Shown: in pieces, positions 55,313 to 64,000 of the stretch
How the letters are laid out: every line of letters starts with the position of its first letter
Numbering within the stretch: the stretch's first letter is position 1
Sequence record: PV472050.1
Length of the DNA stretch: 64,000 nt
Reading direction: 5' to 3' (one strand)
Translations under genes and position numbers: made by a program
The notes under the pieces: generated by a model
What the model was told of the DNA's origin: nothing
Seen by the model: the letters and a program-made list of their open reading frames with translations, nothing else
Databases searched by the model: none

Positions 55313-56859
55313 TCAGTAAGGACAGCCTGGCGTTGGCAGAGAACATCGCCGTCGCGCTCCCTGAAGGCACTGTAGTCCCGTCCACCCCGATCCTTCAGGG
55401 GTTGAATACCCTGAGTTATGGGGCGTTCCCGTACGAGGAGGACTTCCGGGATAAGGTGGTTGAAGTGACTTCCGAGATCACGGAGCATTCGGCAGCGATT
55501 GAGGCGGGGAGTAACCAAGCCGCTGAGACCATCCGCGGTGCGTTCGAGATGGTCAAGTCCTACGGTGTCCCGATGGCGGACGCCGTCCAGGAGAAAGTGG
55601 GTCTGCTGTACAGCCGAGGTGATCTGAACTGGGCGTCGTTGCGTCATTTCAATATCACGTACATCAATGTCTCGGATCCGTTCTTTGACTCGGCTATTTA
55701 TCCCACTGAAGTCAAGAACAAGGCGCTGTCGTTTGACAGTGTGGGCTTGGATGTCCTGAAACGGTTGGAGTTTGAATTCGCAACGGAACAGGAGATCCGG
55801 GATTACGTGGCGACGTCCCACCCAGAGATTAATGCTATCCTGGATTCCAAACTCGAAGACATCGTGTACGCGTTCTACGCGATTACGATGCTGGCTGATC
55901 TCAAATCCCTTTTCCACTACAAGGGTGAGGCGACCTTTGACTTCACGCGTGTGAAATCGGTACGTCTTAACCTGCTGCTGAAGACCTACGTGATCTTGAC
56001 GAAGATGTACAGTCAGGAAGACCCGGCGTTCCTGGTTAAGGGGTCGTTGGAGGATTACCGGGAGTATATCAACCTGCTGTGGAATGGGATGACCCATTAC
56101 CTCATTGCGTTGAAGAACACGGTTCAACTTTACCGTAACCGTAAAGCGGCTATCTACGAGGCTGAAGCCTCTAAGTTGGTGGACTTTAAACCGGTTGATG
56201 CCCTGGACGTTACCGTTAAGGGATTGAGTGGTAATGTCGTTGTGTATTACAGCGATGAGGTCCTCAAGACGGTAACCGGTAATGGGGGGAGTTTGAACGA
56301 CTGTGTGATCGCCTCGATCTATGGGCGTCTCACTGGTCGTCCGAATGGCTTCCTGGACCTCATCAATAACCCCGACCTGGTTAAAGACCTGACGGCTGAC
56401 TACTTCGAGGGTATTCACCGTCCATTGAACCAAGATGCCCGTAAACATTTCATTAACAACAGTGTTGGGGCTATTGTTCAGTTCCTGAATGAACGGGAAG
56501 AGGCTCGGGCGGCGTTGTATGAGCATTTGGATGCAGAAGGGTCTTCGGTCCGTACCCTCATTGAAGAGAACCTGAGCGGTGACCTGGACGTTCTCTACAC
56601 CCTTTACGAGAATGACGTCCGCAAAAACAGTGGCGATGAACCTGTGAGCATGGAGATTGAGGCTCAACGAGCGAAAGAGGTCATCTTCCAAACCAAACTT
56701 GTCCCTAACTTCTTGAAGTTGTTGGGGTGTGAACTGGCTGCGGAGATCATTGAACTGACCTTTGTTAAGCTCGGTGAAGAAGACAACCTCAACAGCAAGC
56801 GTGAACGCCTCCATGGGGCGTTGATCGAACTGCTGGTGGGTGAACTGCTGGGAGTTTAA
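55309..56859 (+). CDS. Conserved putative virion/head protein (516 aa, phiKZ gp177 position)
   Basis: AAGGAG RBS; synteny with the protease operon. Confidence 0.7.
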   Translation: MISKDSLALAENIAVALPEGTVVPSTPILQGLNTLSYGAFPYEEDFRDKVVEVTSEITEHSAAIEAGSNQAAETIRGAFEMVKSYGVPMADAVQEKVGLLYSRGDLNWASLRHFNITYINVSDPFFDSAIYPTEVKNKALSFDSVGLDVLKRLEFEFATEQEIRDYVATSHPEINAILDSKLEDIVYAFYAITMLADLKSLFHYKGEATFDFTRVKSVRLNLLLKTYVILTKMYSQEDPAFLVKGSLEDYREYINLLWNGMTHYLIALKNTVQLYRNRKAAIYEAEASKLVDFKPVDALDVTVKGLSGNVVVYYSDEVLKTVTGNGGSLNDCVIASIYGRLTGRPNGFLDLINNPDLVKDLTADYFEGIHRPLNQDARKHFINNSVGAIVQFLNEREEARAALYEHLDAEGSSVRTLIEENLSGDLDVLYTLYENDVRKNSGDEPVSMEIEAQRAKEVIFQTKLVPNFLKLLGCELAAEIIELTFVKLGEEDNLNSKRERLHGALIELLVGELLGV

Positions 56860-56862
56860 TGA

Positions 56863-57591
56863 ATGGACGTTACTTCTCTCGTACGAGACCGAAGTAAGAT
56901 CCGTAAGGCGTACACCCTCCACGACGATCACAGTGTCACTGCAAATCGTCCTTTGGAAGTTCATATTCCCAAACGTTTTACTGAACATGGGTTAGCGTTC
57001 ATTGGGGATAAGGTGACCACCACGTTAGTGGCGGGTGTTGTCATCCCGGGGGAGTGTTACTCCCCTTGGGTGGCGTTGACGGATGTCACAATGGTCCCTA
57101 TGAACGTTCGGGAGACGGGTATTGACGGGGTTCAGTACCTTATCCTGGAGTTTGAAGAAGGGGATACCCTTATTGAAAACCTTCGGTATATCCAAGACCC
57201 CAATAAGCCCTACTTCTATTTCACTGAGTTTGACCTCTACGCGAAGATTCCTTGGTACTTATCAGACAATGATGTCACCTCCTTGTTTGATAACGCTAAG
57301 ATACAATCAGGCAGTGAAGTCGGTGATACGCCGCAACACATGCGGATCTTTAATTCCGTTATGATGCGGGATCCGGATAACTTGGATAATCCGTATCGCA
57401 ACAGTCAAGCCATGCTAGACGGTCGCCCTCCGGTATGGGTAGGGTTGAATAACAGCTCGATGCTGATTGACGGCACCTACTTGAAACTCACCGGAGGTTT
57501 CCTCCAAGACAACACGGTGGCTGCTATTATCAAGCAAGACACCAAAGTAACCGATCTGGAAATGATCGTTAAAGGGGTCCCAGATGAGTAA
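56863..57591 (+). CDS. Conserved protein (242 aa, phiKZ gp176 position)
   Basis: GGAG RBS; synteny only. Confidence 0.65.
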   Translation: MDVTSLVRDRSKIRKAYTLHDDHSVTANRPLEVHIPKRFTEHGLAFIGDKVTTTLVAGVVIPGECYSPWVALTDVTMVPMNVRETGIDGVQYLILEFEEGDTLIENLRYIQDPNKPYFYFTEFDLYAKIPWYLSDNDVTSLFDNAKIQSGSEVGDTPQHMRIFNSVMMRDPDNLDNPYRNSQAMLDGRPPVWVGLNNSSMLIDGTYLKLTGGFLQDNTVAAIIKQDTKVTDLEMIVKGVPDE

Positions 57592-58447
57592 TACTTTAAC
57601 CTTTGAGAATACCCTGCTGGCGAACAGTGGTAAACGGGGTATTCTCAAACCCATGGACAGTTCGGGGTACTACCGGATCAATGCGGGAGGGTTCAATATC
57701 CCTAACCGTTCCGGTATTACCTACCGGGTGAATGACTACATTCGTGAGTGTGCCCGTCCAGGCAGTGATTTTGACCGTCGGGTGAACGAAGGTCAGATGT
57801 ATTGTGAAATCGGTCACCCACCCCAGTATTACAAGATCTTGGTCAATGGGGAAGTGGTTCGCAAGCAGATCACGGATCTCTTCGAATGGATTAACCGTCT
57901 TCGGACCATTGATTTTGATAATGTCTGTGGTCATATTCGTAAAGTTCATTGGATCTTTACGGGTGGACCGAATGATCCGGTTTACAACGACATTGAAGTG
58001 ATTCCGTGGGCGAAGAACCCACATCATAAGCAACTGCTGCAAGAAAGTCTGGATAATCCGGATATCAATACGGCGTTTAGTATCCGTACGGTAACCAAGC
58101 CTCAGAACTTTGGCGATAAAACGCGCGAGGTGGACTACTGGAGCACGTATGACGCTGTCATAGAGCAGGGTATACTCCGTGCCTGTAAACACCTCACAGC
58201 GGGCTTGGAGAGCCTTCTGGACGACTATTCCGCTGAGGGTGGTGAAATGGAGTTCACCACGACCATGGAAGAGCTCTTCTTTATCTGCGATCAGAAGATG
58301 CGTTCACCTGAAGTGGCGGAACGTTATGCGGGTACGGAAAGCTTTGTTCGAGTACAGGAAATGCTGGATGATCTCCGTAGACGAACGCCTGCTCAATCCA
58401 AACCTGCACGGTTGATTGTGTCCAGTTCGTTGGATGTGTTCCGGTAA
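57584..58447 (+). CDS. Prohead (capsid maturation) protease, phiKZ gp175/T4 gp21 type
   Basis: CEIGHP (catalytic His) and AFSIR (catalytic Ser) motifs. Confidence 0.85.
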   Translation: MSNTLTFENTLLANSGKRGILKPMDSSGYYRINAGGFNIPNRSGITYRVNDYIRECARPGSDFDRRVNEGQMYCEIGHPPQYYKILVNGEVVRKQITDLFEWINRLRTIDFDNVCGHIRKVHWIFTGGPNDPVYNDIEVIPWAKNPHHKQLLQESLDNPDINTAFSIRTVTKPQNFGDKTREVDYWSTYDAVIEQGILRACKHLTAGLESLLDDYSAEGGEMEFTTTMEELFFICDQKMRSPEVAERYAGTESFVRVQEMLDDLRRRTPAQSKPARLIVSSSLDVFR

Positions 58448-58462
58448 GCCTGAGCCAGCATG

Positions 58463-58492
58463 CCTAGCCTTGGGGTCTACCCCAAGGCTAGG
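58463..58492 (+). terminator. Rho-independent terminator
   Basis: Stem CCTAGCCTTGGGG/CCCCAAGGCTAGG with a T-rich tail. Confidence 0.75.
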
Positions 58493-58565
58493 TTATTAAT
58501 TTTAGCTGTTTGTTTATTCTTATAGTCCGTTGCGGCTAACCATTTAAACCAGAAGGAATTTCCTT

Positions 58566-59234
58566 ATGTTGATTGAAAAGCTTAATTTCCAAACCCTGGT
58601 GCTTCATCTGCGTGAGGTGAAGGGAGGGTTTAATGTTCTCCAGGTATTGTGGGAAACCGCCCAGAAGGAATGGGAACGTTCCAAGAATGCTGACACGGAC
58701 ATCCATTTCATCAAAGGCGTGTTTACTTCCACTCAGAAAACCGATGCGGTCCGGATCTATGTGGCGAAGCTGGCTAAGTTGTACATGAACACCGTGGGGG
58801 TACTGCCGGGCATGTGGTCCAAACATACTCTGACCCATGAACATGTTCTGACCAAAGCCACTGTGGACAAGATTTGCACCATGGAAGTGAACAGTTCCGA
58901 ACAGTTGTTCGAATTGGTTGCCACCCGTGTATTGGGAGTTGATAAAACCCTGGTGGAGTATATCCTGACCGATGAAGACAAACCCCGGGATCGCGCCCGT
59001 ATCCTGATTAACTACCTGGGGTACCGTGTGGATGAACCGGGTGTCCCGGAAGAGGACTACCCTGACCTCATCAGTAGCCTGAGTGAGTTGATCGGTAACA
59101 ATGGGTTTACAGATGAGTTCTTTGAGAACCTGTTGAAGGAAGCAGAAACTTACTTCGACAGCGGATCGGTTGACTTCCAACAAACCCCGTTGGATGTGTT
59201 GGAGAACTTCCTGCACCAACCCTGCAAGCAGTAA
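58566..59234 (+). CDS. Hypothetical protein (222 aa)
   Basis: AAGGAA RBS; long ORF. Confidence 0.7.
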   Translation: MLIEKLNFQTLVLHLREVKGGFNVLQVLWETAQKEWERSKNADTDIHFIKGVFTSTQKTDAVRIYVAKLAKLYMNTVGVLPGMWSKHTLTHEHVLTKATVDKICTMEVNSSEQLFELVATRVLGVDKTLVEYILTDEDKPRDRARILINYLGYRVDEPGVPEEDYPDLISSLSELIGNNGFTDEFFENLLKEAETYFDSGSVDFQQTPLDVLENFLHQPCKQ

Positions 59235-59261
59235 GGGATTCTGCCCAAAAGATTTCAAGTC

Positions 59262-59269
59262 TATATTAC
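59262..59269 (+). promoter_or_regulatory. Putative early promoter TATATTAC
   Basis: TCAAGTCTATATTACTTGGGTGA is identical to the 17.3-kb copy. Confidence 0.75.
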
Positions 59270-59373
59270 TTGGGTGAGCGACATCAGGACCTACCTGACG
59301 AGGGCAGTACACCACTTCCCTTGCTTTGTCTTGGTGTCGTCACACCACCACTTTTGGACAGTAAGAGGTTGTT

Positions 59374-59814
59374 ATGTCGATCAATAAAGAATACGGCGAA
59401 TGGATGGAAAAGGGTGTTAAGGGTCTGGTAGACGCGCACGACTACAACAAGGCCACCAACCACATCACGTTCGATTCGGAGAAGGTGGAACTGCCTAAGG
59501 GTGTTACCCAAGACAGTATTCTCCAGCACGTCAATTTCTTCAACGATATCAGCGCGCAGGTTGAAACAGCCACCTCCCAGATCGCTCGGAGTCAATTCGA
59601 AGACAACAAGGAACTGACCACCGTCGACGGCACGCTGAACCTCGGGGGGTTGAACATCAATTCCCAGCATCACCTGAAACAGAAAGTGGGTGAAGATTAT
59701 CTGTGGGGGCAAAGCACCACCGCAGTCGATTACACGCATACCGAAGAACAAGCCGTTTGGTTGGATACCCAACGTACGGCCAGCCAGGAACAGGCCGCTA
59801 AGCTGTTCGAGTAA
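59374..59814 (+). CDS. Early, probably abundant hypothetical protein (146 aa)
   Basis: GAGGT RBS, C-ending codon bias, followed by a hairpin at 59826-59860. Confidence 0.75.
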   Translation: MSINKEYGEWMEKGVKGLVDAHDYNKATNHITFDSEKVELPKGVTQDSILQHVNFFNDISAQVETATSQIARSQFEDNKELTTVDGTLNLGGLNINSQHHLKQKVGEDYLWGQSTTAVDYTHTEEQAVWLDTQRTASQEQAAKLFE

Positions 59815-59988
59815 GTATTCCTTCAATAAAGCTAGCGACCCTAACGGCCGCTAGCTTTATAGGGACTATTTTTTGATTTAAGGAGTACGGGGGTATGATC
59901 GATAAACGCGTGCTGGCTTTTCCTTCGTTTCGATTATATTCGTCTGTTCCAAACCGTTACCTTCTTAAGACCTCAACGGAGACAGAGA

Positions 59989-60204
59989 ATGAAGTGGTTA
60001 AAAGCGTTGCATGACCTTCTCTTTGGGAGTGGGGAAGGTCAGCGTGAGACGAGGGACGTGACGTTGGAGAACCTCCACGAAACCTTGTTACCTCGGGTTA
60101 GATTCCCTTTGGAAAGTCACCACGAAGACAATTATAAACCCCTCTTACTCCCAGAGTCTTCTAAAGTGATTGGAGAGAAGGAGCAGAAACGGAATGAAGG
60201 ATAA
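59989..60204 (+). CDS. Small hypothetical protein
   Basis: GGAGA/AGAGA upstream; co-directional run. Confidence 0.5.
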   Translation: MKWLKALHDLLFGSGEGQRETRDVTLENLHETLLPRVRFPLESHHEDNYKPLLLPESSKVIGEKEQKRNEG

Positions 60205-60228
60205 CTTCACGTCGGTAGGTAAACGAAT

Positions 60229-60618
60229 ATGAGTCATGAACGGTGGAACACGGCTCGTTTTGAAGCCATCAATTGGGAGGACAATCAACGCGGTATCCCT
60301 ATTGGTATTAAGAACAACCTGTATTTCCGGTTTGATTATACCCGTAAGGGTGAAGGCTGGGAGGTTACCCTCTGGAATACAGAAGGGACGATTGCCCGGA
60401 TTGAAGATAGCCCGACCGGGTTCTCATTCTCCAGTTACCGAGTGGATCTCGTAGATGCCGAGTTGTTGGCTGAGATCCATACCCAATTGAAAGATCAGAT
60501 CAATAAGGTTAAACCCACTGAACTGATCGAGGTAGGGGGGTTAAAGCATCTGAATCACATCGTCTTTACGGAACCAGATGCGGAAGAAGGGTCTCTCGCG
60601 CCTTATGATCCAGCCTAA
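60229..60618 (+). CDS. Hypothetical protein (129 aa)
   Basis: TAGGT RBS; co-directional run. Confidence 0.7.
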   Translation: MSHERWNTARFEAINWEDNQRGIPIGIKNNLYFRFDYTRKGEGWEVTLWNTEGTIARIEDSPTGFSFSSYRVDLVDAELLAEIHTQLKDQINKVKPTELIEVGGLKHLNHIVFTEPDAEEGSLAPYDPA

Positions 60619-60645
60619 CCGATTTCAAGACCATGAGGGGTACCT

Positions 60646-60951
60646 ATGCTAAGTAATAACATCATTACGTTCGAGATGGCACTGGAAGCTGAACCTTCGG
60701 TGATTCGGACATTTGAATATAAACCCTTGAGGGTTATGATGGGACAGCTTGAAACCTTCATTGTCATTGAACAGGGGAAGGAGGGTGTGGTGTATGCCAC
60801 GATCGAAATCCCCAGTGACGGTGATATTAGTGTGAATATTGAAGGGAGTCCGTTTAGCCGTAAAGACACTGAAAAAGCTCTCTCGCTGATCTTTGAACAG
60901 ATCTCAGAGAAACTCAAAGCTACAACACCCCCATCTTCCACTCTCAACTAA
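60646..60951 (+). CDS. Hypothetical protein (101 aa)
   Basis: GAGGG RBS; co-directional run. Confidence 0.65.
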   Translation: MLSNNIITFEMALEAEPSVIRTFEYKPLRVMMGQLETFIVIEQGKEGVVYATIEIPSDGDISVNIEGSPFSRKDTEKALSLIFEQISEKLKATTPPSSTLN

Positions 60952-60963
60952 GAGGTTTATTCC

Positions 60964-61782
60964 ATGATCATCCCTAAACAAGTGGCTAAAGAACCGCACG
61001 AATTCAAGAAGTACGGTGAATTCACCTACGGGGTTCATTCTCCCAGTGTTGAAGCCTTGGTGCCTGTTAACGAGGCCACGATCTTGGGCCAAGAAGCCAC
61101 CCTCAAGATCCTGAACGAACTGGATAGTGCAGTCATGGGTTCTGTTCGTTCCCTGAACAACCAGTATGAACTCTTCCGTCAAGGGATTGCCTACGGTCTC
61201 CCGTACCGTATCAGTACCGATGGGGATATCGAGTTCGCAGTGTATCAACGTACCAAGAAAGCTGGGGATCAACGCCTGAGTAGCTGCTTGTCCCTGGCCC
61301 CCGGGGGTCATATCGAGAAGGAAGACATTTCCTACTACCTGGAAGCTGATAAGTTCTACGGGGAAACTTCGGTGATCGATTGGGCTCATACCGTGGAGGC
61401 TAATCTCCGTCGTGAATTCCTGGAGGAGATCACCTTCTACTCATTTGACCGGGGTGACATCACCAAAGAAGTTACTCAGAAGGCGTTTCCTATTGGGTTC
61501 GTGATGGATAAGGGTGAACCCGGGTACGTTGGGAATGTTCACGTCGGTGTTATCTGTCTGGTTCCGGTGGTGGAACCCAACACCACGTTCGATATGTCCA
61601 ACGAAGTGAACAACAAGGAAATGGGGTGGTTTACGGTCAAAGAGTTGATCGCTCAGCATACCAACAAAGACGCCCCCATCAAATCGGATGACGGTGAACT
61701 CGTTGGGTTCGAACCTTGGTCAGGTTTGATCATCAACCGGATTGACCAGATTGTGGATATCATCAAGGGGCAGGGTCAGTGA
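60964..61782 (+). CDS. Nudix hydrolase (MutT-like phosphoesterase, YmaB/COG4112 type)
   Basis: YQRTKKAGDQRL...SLAPGGHIE...NLRREFLEE (Nudix box) and VGNVHVG. Confidence 0.8.
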   Translation: MIIPKQVAKEPHEFKKYGEFTYGVHSPSVEALVPVNEATILGQEATLKILNELDSAVMGSVRSLNNQYELFRQGIAYGLPYRISTDGDIEFAVYQRTKKAGDQRLSSCLSLAPGGHIEKEDISYYLEADKFYGETSVIDWAHTVEANLRREFLEEITFYSFDRGDITKEVTQKAFPIGFVMDKGEPGYVGNVHVGVICLVPVVEPNTTFDMSNEVNNKEMGWFTVKELIAQHTNKDAPIKSDDGELVGFEPWSGLIINRIDQIVDIIKGQGQ

Positions 61783-62114
61783 GAGGGGATTCCTTCTGTA
61801 CCAAAGCAACCAGTAAGACGCTTTTGGACACGTTCTTCCAACTGTTGGAGGTTCTTAAAGAACAGGGGAAGGATCAAACGCCCACGGTATACCAGACCGA
61901 AGGTCGTAACGGGTTGACCGCCGTTATCAGTCCGAATGGGGTTTGGTTCTACCATTTCCCATCCCGGGAAACACCGGTGGCTAAACTGACCTCTACGGGT
62001 GAGTATGTCTCTTTGGGGATTATCAGTCTGTCCACGCGAGAACGGATCGCTTTCCACGAGGAAGATCTCACTGCGGTACTTAAAGAGATCATTGCTCACT
62101 ATCAACCGCAATAA
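61779..62114 (+). CDS. Hypothetical protein (111 aa)
   Basis: GTGA overlap with the upstream stop codon. Confidence 0.6.
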   Translation: MRGDSFCTKATSKTLLDTFFQLLEVLKEQGKDQTPTVYQTEGRNGLTAVISPNGVWFYHFPSRETPVAKLTSTGEYVSLGIISLSTRERIAFHEEDLTAVLKEIIAHYQPQ

Positions 62115-62123
62115 CCAGACGCT

Positions 62124-62152
62124 CAGTAGGTAGGGGATACCCCTACCTACTG
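62124..62152 (+). terminator. Rho-independent terminator
   Basis: Stem CAGTAGGTAGGGG/CCCCTACCTACTG with a T tract. Confidence 0.8.
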
Positions 62153-62180
62153 GTTTCTTTATTTATTTGGAGGAAAGAGA

Positions 62181-63098
62181 ATGGCTGTTATTAATTTGGC
62201 TTGGAGTGGTGGGGTGGAATCTGTGGCGATGTATCATAAAGCCATGAAAGCCGGCCATACAGTGAATCCTTGCTTGGTGAATGCCACGGGCAGTGCATGC
62301 GTGACCTTGGTGGAATTAATGGCACTCGCTAAAGTGGAAGATTATTTCAGAGATCACACGAATGACTATCCAGGGTCCATTGGAAAGACCTTCGTGATGA
62401 TGGACACGAGTATGGCCGTTCCTTCCATTTACACCATTGATAGCAACAGACAGAGTCCATTCGTTCATATTGCTAATCAATCCCTGAATGTGGTATTGGG
62501 GATGATGCAAGCGTCTCGGAGTAACATTCACCTATTCCCCAGTACGTGGGTAGGGTTCATACAAGAAGATAGCTCAGAACACACATTAAATATCAATGAA
62601 TGGAGCGAAGCAGATTACCAGGTGCTGCTGAATCTTCCCGCCACACTCGGTAAATTGGCGGGCACGGACATAGGTTGTCGGCCATTCATAGCCCCATTGT
62701 GGGATGTTCCTAAGCGAATCCTTTACAACGATCTTCCCGGGGAATTGAAAGAGCTAGTACTCCCCAATCTCATTTCACATTGGTATACTCTAAAAGAGAA
62801 TGATGAAGTGGTCCTTACGGTCTCTAAGGAGAAGGAAGTAGAGTGGGAAAGGGCAGGTATCCCTCTACCGACTCAACGCTTTGTCTTTCGTTTGAAAGAC
62901 TCCACCCCTGCGATGAGGTTATTGGTAGGGTTGCCCACCCCTAAAGACCTAGAGATAGAAGAGGATCTTGGCGGAGCGCTACATGAGATCACCCAGGGTA
63001 TCATCAGGAGGAAATCCGGTTACTGGATGAATGACTATGAAGAAGTTAAGGGGGTTTATTTGGGTGTGATTAATGATATCTTACGGAGTAGAGAGTAG
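62181..63098 (+). CDS. PP-loop (adenine nucleotide alpha-hydrolase, QueC-like) protein
   Basis: N-terminal beta strand plus SGGVES (SGGxDS variant); GGAGG RBS. Confidence 0.6.
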   Translation: MAVINLAWSGGVESVAMYHKAMKAGHTVNPCLVNATGSACVTLVELMALAKVEDYFRDHTNDYPGSIGKTFVMMDTSMAVPSIYTIDSNRQSPFVHIANQSLNVVLGMMQASRSNIHLFPSTWVGFIQEDSSEHTLNINEWSEADYQVLLNLPATLGKLAGTDIGCRPFIAPLWDVPKRILYNDLPGELKELVLPNLISHWYTLKENDEVVLTVSKEKEVEWERAGIPLPTQRFVFRLKDSTPAMRLLVGLPTPKDLEIEEDLGGALHEITQGIIRRKSGYWMNDYEEVKGVYLGVINDILRSRE

Positions 63099-63121
63099 CC
63101 TACAACACTGGAGTATTCGTT

Positions 63122-63301
63122 ATGGCTAACAACGATGTTAAAATCGACCGTAAACTACTGGAATCCCTCGGTAAGGTTTACGACCATATTCCTGAAGAAC
63201 GCCGACCGTACGACCCCAGCAGACCCGAAGGGGACGCAGGTATCCTCAAGACGTATGAGAAACCCAAGCGATTCAACTTTGAAATAAAAATCGGGAAATG
63301 A
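63122..63301 (+). CDS. Small hypothetical protein (59 aa, MANNDVKIDRK...), below ORF-track cutoff
   Basis: GGAG RBS; TGA overlaps the ATG of tmk. Confidence 0.6.
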   Translation: MANNDVKIDRKLLESLGKVYDHIPEERRPYDPSRPEGDAGILKTYEKPKRFNFEIKIGK

Positions 63302-63951
63302 CTATGAATTTCGCTAGTCTCTACTCCGGAATGTTTTGTGTGGTGGAGGGGTTGGATGGAACGGGTAAGACCACTGTTGTTAATCGCATTGCGAACTGGT
63401 TAGTAGAACGTGGTGTGGATGTGGTTAAGACCCGAGAACCGGGTGGGACCCCGTACTGTAACCGTATCAGGGATTTGCTCCTGTCGCTGGATGAGGGTGG
63501 AGAAGGTCCTTGCCAAATGACGGAACTCCTGTTGTTCAATGCCGCTCGGGTACAACACCTTGAAACCTTGGTTAAACCCAGCTTGCAAGCCGGGAAGTTT
63601 GTACTCTGTGATCGGTATGTGCATACGACCATAGCGTACCAAGGGGAAGCCCGGGGATTGGGGGTAGGGAAGATCCTGGAGTTACACCGCTTGCTGACCC
63701 AAGACTTTTGGCCTCACTTTACGTTCATTCTGGATGCACCGGTTGAGGTGGTGTTGGACCGAGTCCATCAACGGGGTGGTATGAACCGTCTGGATTCTCA
63801 AACGGTTGAATTCTATGAAAAGGCCCGTACAGCGTATCGTCGTATGGGGCAGACAGGCCGTGATTGCGCACTCATTGACGCCACTGTGAGTGAAGACGAG
63901 GTGTTCAATCAAATGACCACCTATCTGGAACGCCTGTGTAATAAATATTAG
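63298..63951 (+). CDS. tmk: Thymidylate kinase
   Basis: EGLDGTGKTT P-loop, TREPGGT, CDRY..T..AYQG motifs. Confidence 0.95.
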   Translation: MTMNFASLYSGMFCVVEGLDGTGKTTVVNRIANWLVERGVDVVKTREPGGTPYCNRIRDLLLSLDEGGEGPCQMTELLLFNAARVQHLETLVKPSLQAGKFVLCDRYVHTTIAYQGEARGLGVGKILELHRLLTQDFWPHFTFILDAPVEVVLDRVHQRGGMNRLDSQTVEFYEKARTAYRRMGQTGRDCALIDATVSEDEVFNQMTTYLERLCNKY

Positions 63952-63960
63952 AACACATCG

Positions 63961-63992
63961 CTACTGCCTAGCCGTAATGGGCTAGGCAGTAG
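63961..63992 (+). terminator. Terminator-like hairpin
   Basis: Stem CTACTGCCTAGCC/GGCTAGGCAGTAG after the tmk stop codon. Confidence 0.65.
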
Positions 63993-64000
63993 GTTGTCGT

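Noticed and set aside
1-64000. Chimallin, PhuZ, major capsid, terminase, tRNA genes
   Set aside because: Expected in this phage family but not recognisable in this window; presumably elsewhere in the genome.

Overview
This window is a 64-kb segment of a lytic phiKZ-related jumbo phage genome. From recall, not a database search, it is very close to Pseudomonas phage EL: the 558-aa chaperonin and 292-aa endolysin match my memory of EL gp146 and EL188 almost residue for residue. Content in order: (i) small genes, a GroEL-like chaperonin and an accessory island with a GNAT acetyltransferase (0-8 kb); (ii) a minus-strand tail-fibre cluster with two Kelch proteins, a fibre chaperone, a collagen-repeat fibre and an SGNH esterase (8-16.7 kb); (iii) an early-gene island with TATATTAC promoters and an AmrZ-like ribbon-helix-helix protein (16.8-19.2 kb); (iv) conserved core genes: inner-head protein, SNF2 helicase with an Ala-starting class 3 intein, a degenerate RNase H-like protein, UvsX, the virion RNAP beta C-terminal subunit and virion proteins (19-38 kb); (v) a giant tail lysin/tape-measure-like gene broken into two ORFs by a -1 frame change (38-46 kb); (vi) virion RNAP beta' and beta genes, each interrupted at a conserved motif by a group I intron, one carrying an HNH endonuclease (46-54 kb); (vii) endolysin, prohead protease and early/nucleotide-metabolism genes (Nudix, PP-loop protein, thymidylate kinase). 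I saw no tRNA, CRISPR array or DGR. Best leads: the two introns (splicing rebuilds a DHDGD catalytic motif and an HDDxKR motif), a possible hairpin/late-promoter switch controlling the intron endonuclease, the phage AmrZ mimic, the split tail lysin and a probable RNase H pseudo-enzyme.
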